A DNA stretch of 64,000 nucleotides from Eledone cirrhosa. Lineage: Eukaryota. The notes beneath the pieces were generated by a model. It saw nothing but the letters and a program-made list of their open reading frames with translations. It was not told where the DNA came from and made no database searches. Made by a program: the position numbers and the translations under genes. The stretch is from the NCBI GenBank assembly GCA_964016885.1, contig OZ024753.1, positions 29,326,001-29,390,000 of the forward strand, written 5' to 3'. Below are positions 56,413 through 64,000 of this stretch, one piece after another (positions within the stretch are counted from its first letter, which is position 1; every line of letters begins with the position of its first letter).

Positions 56413-57270
56413 AAGTATACAGCTTGTCATATATATTATTGGTACTTTCTAAAAAGTATACAATTTGTCATATATATTATTGGTACTTTCTAAAAAGTAT
56501 ACAATTTGTCATATATCATATTGGTACTTTCTATAAAGTATATACAGGTGGTTATATATCATATTAGTACTTTCTATAAAATATACAATTTGTCACATAT
56601 CCTATTGGTACTTTCTATAAAATATACAATTTGTCACATATCCTATTGGTACTTTGTATAAAATATACAATTTGTCACATATCCTATTGGTTTTCTATAA
56701 TGTGTATAATATGTCATATATCATATTGGTACTTTCTATCAAATACACAATTTGTCATATATCCTATTGGTACTTTGTATAAAATATACAATTTGTCACA
56801 TATCCTATTGGTTTTCTATAATGTGTATAATATGTCATATATCATATTGGTACTTTCTATCAAATACACAATTTGTCATATATCCTATTGGTACTTTCTA
56901 TAAAATATACAATTTGTCACATATCCTATTGGTTTTCTATAAAGAATATAATTTGTCATATATTATATTGATACTTTCTATAAAATATACAATTTGTCAT
57001 ATATCACATTGCTACTTTCTATAAAATATACAATTTGTCATATATCCTATTGGTACTTTCTATAAAATATACAATTTGTCACATATCCTATTGGTTTTCT
57101 ATAAAGTATATAATTTGTCATATATTATATTGATACTTTCTATAAAATATACAATTTGTCATATAACACATTGCTACTTTCTATAAAATATACAATTTGT
57201 CATATATCACATTGGTACTTTCTATAAAGTATACAATTTGACACATATCCTATTGGTACTTTCTATAAAG
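56413..57270. repeat. Minisatellite, ~41-bp unit, ~21 copies
   Basis: (atatacaatttgtcacatatcctattggtactttctataaa)n with 39-bp variants. Confidence 0.95.
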
Positions 57271-57837
57271 TGCTGGAATAATATGTTATATTGAATTAAG
57301 TTTCCACTGAGAGTGACTCATCTAAACAAATAATCAATAATCAAATACATTGACAGATTTTAATGGTCCAAGTATTCTTCCTTGGGAATTAAATTTCATT
57401 AAATTTGTCTCGAATAGATTTGGATATTTGATATTAGGTAAACCCATGTCTATTTATGAAACTTGACCCGTAAAATATTACACAAAATGTATCAAATTAT
57501 TTATAAACGATTTAGTAAAATTCTATCATAACTGAAATATTGTGTGTGAGAGAGAGTTTTCTTGTGTGTGGGGGAGAGAGAGTGTGTATGTGTATGTGCG
57601 TGAGTTTGTATGTGAGTGAGTGAGTGAGTGAGTGAGTGTGTATGTGTGAGTGAGTGTGTGAGTGAGTGAGTGAGTGTGTATGTGTGTGAGTGAGTGAGTG
57701 AGTGAGTGTGTATGTGTGAGTGAGTGAGTGAGTGAGAGTGTGAGTGAGTGAGTGAGTGTATGTGTGTGTGTGTGAGTGACTTAGTGAGTGTATGTGTGTG
57801 AGTGAGTGAGTGTGTGTGTGTGTATGTGTGTGTGTGT

Positions 57838-57995
57838 CAGACTTGTCAACACTCCCCGTCCGGCGGGGGAGATCTCCCACCCGCTTCGGTGTGGGTGAGA
57901 GATGTCTTCTCTTGTGAAAATGAGTATAGCTTTCATTATGTAAAATCTTTTTTTCGTGGCACTCCCGTTTGGGTTGTTAGAGGTTGGCAGGTTAG
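57838..57995. mobile_element. hAT-like MITE, second copy
   Basis: Reverse-complement homology to 29326-29519 (cagacttgtcaac...gttggcaggttag). Confidence 0.6.
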
Positions 57996-58749
57996 GTGTG
58001 TGTGGGGGGGGGGGGGTGTATGTGTGTGCGTGTGTGTGGGGGGGGGTGTTCAAACATATTTCAATTGTAGCTGATACTTCTTTTTGGATATAAGAGTGAA
58101 ATACTGTCAGAAAAATGTCATAGTATTTATTTCCCCGAGGCTTATTTTAGAAAATTCAGAAATGTATTAGAGTTAACAAACTCCAGAGTTTGCAAACCAT
58201 TTAAAATATAACTTTCTGTAACTGTGTATTTTATCAGGATTAAATCGGTGTTTGAATTTTATAATTCTATTCATGTGACACAATGTCTTTTATAAAAATA
58301 ATTCAATTCAAGGCCTCGTTGTTTGTGCAAACATGTCAATATATTGAAAATGTTCATCGTAGAAAATAAATGCATTTTGTCAGAGAGTCGTTTTGTTCAA
58401 CATACCGGGCGTATAATTTCACAAATAAGAATATCGTCAATGCATGCATACAATTATAGGTGTTTGCATAAAACCTTTGTGTTGAACATTTTTTCGCATA
58501 TAATATATAAAAATAAATCTAGCTTGTAGATTTTATGACATGTCTTACGTCAATTCCTTTCATGCCACTATTGAATAGGAATTTGAATATACGAAATGGG
58601 GACCAATTATTCTAAGGTAACTAGAACTGTAAAAGAAATATCCTTATGGTACATCATTCGCATTTTACTTCATTAATTATAGATGGATTTTTTTTTCGTT
58701 TAACCCCAGGTCCATATTCATATACACAGAGACGGGCAGATACACACAC

Positions 58750-58779
<30 letters not shown>

Positions 58780-58780
<1 letters not shown>

Positions 58781-58884
58781 ATCCCGCCGAGGTTAACTTT
58801 GCCTTTCATCCTTACGGGGTCGATAAAATAAAGTACCAGTAATGTACTGGGTAATTGCTGGCCTTGTGCCAAATGTAGAAACAA
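58780..58884 (+). mobile_element. SINE family 1, truncated, in (TA)n
   Basis: Core and tail. Confidence 0.85.
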
Positions 58885-60539
58885 TATATATATATAATAT
58901 ATATATAGACAGACAGACAGACACACATAATGTGACTGACAGACTTCTGCACACTTTTCGGTTTCCAAATTTCACTCACAATCTGTTGGTCAGTCCGATG
59001 CAATACCAAAATATAAAATCACACTGGTCCAAAGTTTCCCACAGCGAGTTTGAACACGAAACAACGAGTTGTGAAGTAAACTTCAGCATACAACCAACCT
59101 ATCAATTTTTTTCTTTCTTTTTCTTTCTTTCTTTCTTTATTAGTGATATCAGAATCCTGACATCAAACGTTCGACATAGTTTTGTATTTCTGGCGAACAT
59201 ATGCCCCGAAACATCGCCATTGCTTTCATGTTAACAGTACATTGCGTTTGGGAAATAAGCACGTGGAAAATATTTCATTTCTGAATGGATATCTTTGAGA
59301 AAGAAAAACCGCATTCTTTTAAAGAAAGATAATCTGAAAACATTCAGCTACATCTCACCATTCTGGAGACAGAACATTTAGGAAATCTAGTATCTTTTAA
59401 CTGATGTCATATATGATGTTAATAATATGTGATTCTGCTATTCCGAGTTTGACACAATCGGAATGCGTCTTCCGAATTAGTAGCTGTTGTGGTTTAACCC
59501 CAACGTAGCCTTAATGATGCATAATGAAAGGCATTTAAGCCATAACAATCTGGTATTTTCTTTTTAAGTTATAGTTTATCGCGGATATATTATCCAGGAT
59601 TTTCTTTTGTGGTTTTGGGATTTAGCTGTTGTTTCTAGCAGATTGACTGACGCGCGCATTGATGGCTTGTCATGTTGCTTATATCTTATTTAGATGAGTT
59701 TTATCTGGGTTTCATATAAATGTCAATATAACACCGAAAGCCCCCCAAAAATATAGATTCTGTTGATCGATGGCACAAAACATAAATGGAAAATAGAACC
59801 AATTTATTTGTTCCTATGTCTTTGTCAAGCCGCGTTTAAATGTATTCTCCATCTTGTCGGTCGGGACCCAGAGGCAGAGGGCTAGAGGTGGAAGGGGAGG
59901 ATACTCGTTCGGACGTTACTTTCTCTATTTCTTTAAAAATCTCTCCAAAGGTCATATACGGTTAAAAATACTGTTTTGGAAGAAACTATCAATGTTTACC
60001 GCTCGGATTAGCTTATTAATGATTTCCCTTCAAAAACTAATGAATTATTCGATAAAATATTTATAATATAGGTTATATACGCTCAAGGGATTTCGAAAAT
60101 GTATAGGATTATCGGGTATTTATATAGAATCATATATATATATTACATTTTTAGTAAGATGTATAGGGAAAATATAATTAGTTTTATCTAAATAAACATT
60201 TTATCTAAAACATTTGAAATCCGTTATATCCATAGTTGAATGTGCTGAATATTACACTAAATATTCAATCTTAATTAAATTGTTCGTAATGTGAAACGAA
60301 TGACGTCGATATTAAGTTAAAGGCAATGAACTTTACGTAGAAAATGTATATGCTATTTCAACACATACAAGTGCGTACACACACACACTCACGCATTGCG
60401 TGCACACACATCCACACACATTTGAAGAGTATTCAGTATATACATGCATGTAAAGGTATTTATATATGTCTGTATATATTAGGTTGAGAAATTACCCAAA
60501 AGAAATACGTGCCATTTACGATAATTTGTTCTATATAGC

Positions 60540-60790
60540 TTCTTCTTCTATTTCGCCCACTTATTGCTGAGAGGGTCGTCCACTTATTGCTGAGAGGGTC
60601 GTGGTGGGAGAGTCTTCAAACACTCCTTCCAGCGGGAAGCAACCGTCTTCAACTAATCCGGTTGAATCCTCAAGCTTGACCAGCCAAGCTCATGGATGTT
60701 ATCCAATCATCTTGCTCAAGGTCTACCCCTGGGTGTCCTGCCGGTTGGTTTTGCCGGTAAAAATCTATCCACGATTCTTTCCTGAGACAT
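60540..60790 (-). mobile_element. RTE-clade (Rex3/Expander-like) LINE 3' end with (GAA)n tail
   Basis: Minus strand reads AKPTGRTPRGRP*AR*LDNIHELGWSSLRIQPD*L...WKECLKTLPPRPSQQ*. Contains a 22-bp local tandem duplication at ~60557-60602. Confidence 0.75.
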
Positions 60791-60800
60791 TCTAACTCTA

Positions 60801-60863
60801 TATAGCTTAGTATTTAATATAGCTTAGTATTTAATATAGCTTAGTATTTAATATAGCTTAGTA
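60801..60863. repeat. 17-bp tandem repeat, ~3.7 copies
   Basis: (tatagcttagtatttaa)n. Confidence 0.9.
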
Positions 60864-61215
60864 ACTTATCATTTCTTGTTTGTTAAGTTAAACTTTTTAT
60901 TTAATAGTAGGAATTATATTTATTACTCAGAAGACAGTTAACCTGATTGAACAGAGACGTGATCAGATACTCAATCTCGTCATTTTTGGAGATATGTATG
61001 ACTACATTATGTAATATGTCATTGCCTGTTAAACACGGCTTGTGTGTGGGGGGTTGGGGGGGGGGGTATTTCGTTTCTATTTCTAGCAATTCCAGCAGTG
61101 ACCATGTAAAAGCTCACTTGCTGGCTCTTGAAGATGAGCTGATGGTGACGATGATGATGACAATGGTGACGATGATGATGGCGACGATGAAGATGATGGC
61201 GATGACGAAGATGGC

Positions 61216-61261
<46 letters not shown>

Positions 61262-62437
61262 CATTACCATCTAGCTCTGTTCCAGCTATAGAAATTGTTG
61301 GCTACTATATTGTCCAATGTATTAATCACGAAGCTGATTAAACTGAACTTTATTGCATCTGCAATGTCTAAGAGTCCGAGATATTTTGTTTCTCTAATAG
61401 GGTGAGAATTAAAGAACCAGAGAGAAACCGAAACACCTGGGTTAATTCAGCGGCCCGGGTTTAATGTATCAACCCGTTTTCTTTTAAGTTAGGTTATGAT
61501 GTGTTAGCGAGTTGGAATGGCTCTTCCAGTGCATCTCCCTTACCATCCTTTGGTGAAACGCCTTCTCCATTCTGTCTGCCGGGGCTGTGGGGCGGCCAGC
61601 ACGTGGGACCCCATTTGCTCACTATACAGATAGATGGGGGGGGGCGAGAGAGATGGGGGAAATGACGGTGGGAGTTCGGCTCTTCCGCGTTCGGACATAT
61701 TGCACCTGTCAAGAGTGTATTTTGATTCCTTCATTCTTTAATAATGTAGGATCACATAACTTGTAAATACACAAACATCATCATGTCCTAGCTGCCATTC
61801 ATAGCAGGTCAAGCGAACACGATGAGGTCCTCTCGTTTGGTTCGTGTTTGGTATCATATTAAAACAGCAGGTGTGTTTTTCTCTGAGATAATGTCATACA
61901 AATCGTTTCTGTTTATTTTAATATTGTTGTAATTCATAAACATTAAAGTTGGCTACCAATGGTGGCATGAAGCAGTAATATATAAAAAGAGTTTGACAGT
62001 TTCATAATTATTATTTTCGATATTCGTACGAAATCAATAAAATAAAAAGCTATACACAGAAACAACTGACAAAAAAAAATCTTCTTTTTATTCAAACAGT
62101 TTCTCTCTTGCATTTTATCACGTCTGCACATTAATAAAAAATAATACAGTTCTGTAAAAGCTATGCTAAGAAAATACTTCTTATATTATCAAGGGAAGAA
62201 CTTTCATTACATAAGCTTTGTAACAGAATGACCGCTATGTATGGCGTGAGTAGTACTGTAGTCTTAGAAGGAGAGTGGTCTTAGTGAAGTAGTGTTCTAT
62301 TTACATTACACTTCTGCTGTTAATGCTTTTTGTCAGAATGCGAACGTTACAGAATCTTATTAAACTACATTAAACATACGAGTCATCGCAGTCGAAATAA
62401 CAAATAACCAAGTACCAGTAGCTGTATTATTAATAAA

Positions 62438-62654
62438 GGCAGTGGATTGGCAGTATTGGTAGAGTGTCGGACACCTTGCTCAGCGGCATTGAGTTACGGC
62501 CCTTTACGTTCAGAATACAAATCCCGCCGAGGTTAGCTTTGCTTTTCATCCTTATGGGGTCGGTAAATAAAGCACCAGTAATACACTGGGGTCGATTTAA
62601 TCGACTTCTGCCACACTTTAAGTTGTTGACCTTGTACCTATAGTAGAAACTATA
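62438..62654 (+). mobile_element. SINE family 1, long variant, diverged
   Basis: Homology to the other copies. Confidence 0.85.
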
Positions 62655-63361
62655 ATATTATTATTAATGCGGGAGATGGTAGAGTCACAGCATTATTACT
62701 GCTGATGGTGATGTTGTTGGTTGTGGGGGTGTTGTTGTTGGTGAGGGTGGGGTGGGGGTTGATGGTGCTGGGGGTGTTGTTAGTGATGGTGGTGGTGTCT
62801 GCATTTTCTGCTGGTGTTTTTGTGATGTGTACTTATACCTCTGTATAAGCGAGCTTACAAAAGGCAAAGAGAACAAAAAAAAATATTGAGCAAGTATTTT
62901 ACATAAGCATAAAATAGTCTATTAGAATAACCAGTAGAGGGGAAGTTGTTATATAGAGAAAAAATAACCGGGCGTATTCTGAATTATATTTTAAATTATA
63001 TGTAAACATGAGAATTAAATGTACTGCTTAAATTCATCAAAATATTTTACTCGCCTCGAATTGTACGAGGGTGGGACAAATATGTTCATTTTCTGCGTGT
63101 AGTGGCGGATGTAAAGACAAAGAAAATAGTTATATTGTACCGGTGTAAGTCCGCGGTGAGGTAAACGATGGAGTTTGTTCCTAGAAGCGACCTGTCAAGT
63201 ATTTGTCTTCGCCTAGCAACGTTCGCGTGGTAAAATAAGTACATGTTTATATATAAACAGCACCACCTACCATGATATATAAAAGACTAAAAAACACCGT
63301 TTTAAGAACTGGTGGTCACCATGTACACTAAGAAGTTGATACACATATATATAGAGAGAAA

Positions 63362-63459
63362 TGGTGTCCCGAAAAATGTATGCACGCTTCAACATCATTC
63401 TAATAAATATTGTTTGTACAGGTAATCAAAGTGTGTATACATTTTTGGGAGACACCCTG
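63362..63459. mobile_element. Tc1/mariner-type MITE copy, opposite orientation to 8601-8700
   Basis: ggtgtcccgaaaaatgta...tacatttttgggagacaccctg-TA. Confidence 0.7.
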
Positions 63460-63468
63460 TACACACAT

Positions 63469-63563
<95 letters not shown>

Positions 63564-63629
63564 CAAATGAATGTGTGAATGAAAGAGTTACAAACTTATG
63601 GTTTAAATTTCATATAAATCGAAGGGAAA

Positions 63630-63794
63630 CATTTTTCAGCGGGGGTTTGTGCCCTCGGGGAACCCCCTTTGATTAAAATGAAATATACTTATAACCTGGG
63701 CAATGTAGTTTCAGAATATATATGGTTATGGGGGTCTATCTCCAAAACCATAGGAGGAGTTCGTGAACAAACAAACAAACAGATAGGAACTACA

Positions 63795-63802
<8 letters not shown>
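63630..63802 (+). mobile_element. Possible Helentron-associated (DINE/HINE-like) 3' fragment
   Basis: ggagttcgtg-(aaca)n-gata...aactttatatata layout. A matching-type 5' end (actagcagagctatccggtaatgcccagg) occurs at ~10241-10270. Confidence 0.35.
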
Positions 63803-63849
<47 letters not shown>

Positions 63850-63850
<1 letters not shown>

Positions 63851-63970
63851 AGAAGGTGTGGTAAGATACCAGGTGGCCCGACGGCTGAGCTCCGGTCGTT
63901 TCGACAGCTAGATCAGAACTCTAACTGTCGAAACGGCCGGAGCTCATCCGTCGGGGTCCTGGCTCTTTTC
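63850..63970. repeat. Fold-back copy of the 1086/15500/21008 family
   Basis: ccgacggctgagctccggtcgtttcgacag...ctgtcgaaacggccggagctcatccgtcgg. Confidence 0.85.
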
Positions 63971-64000
63971 TTGTGTGTGTGTGTGTGTGTGTGTGTGTGT

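Noticed and set aside
56413-57270. 41-bp array (and the 30-bp array at 15957) as CRISPR
   Set aside because: Units are contiguous with no unique spacers, there are no cas genes, and the context is eukaryotic.

Overview
AT-rich, microsatellite-saturated eukaryotic non-coding DNA, most likely from an octopus/coleoid cephalopod (inferred from the tRNA-derived SINE family and the repeat landscape). No intact host gene is supported; nearly all listed ORFs are translated (TA)n/(CA)n/(GA)n repeats. Recognisable content: decayed Penelope-like retroelements (two GIY-YIG fragments, one RT fragment), three CRE-clade restriction-like-endonuclease LINE fragments, RTE-clade LINE ends, about 20 copies of one SINE family, several MITE types, a non-autonomous Helitron and minisatellites. 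The main signal is a dense, repeated architecture. Short non-coding cassettes sit inside (TA)n tracts, form long fold-back inverted repeats (arms about 50-380 bp, at least 12 in 64 kb) and carry type I hammerhead ribozyme motifs. These include canonical cores, U3-A8 covariant cores and a recurrent U.U closing pair on stem II, usually with a palindromic helix III. One cassette family is physically the 3' end of a Penelope-like element, and another is a ~426-bp partial tandem resembling a retrozyme. All structures were read by eye; no folding or database search was run.
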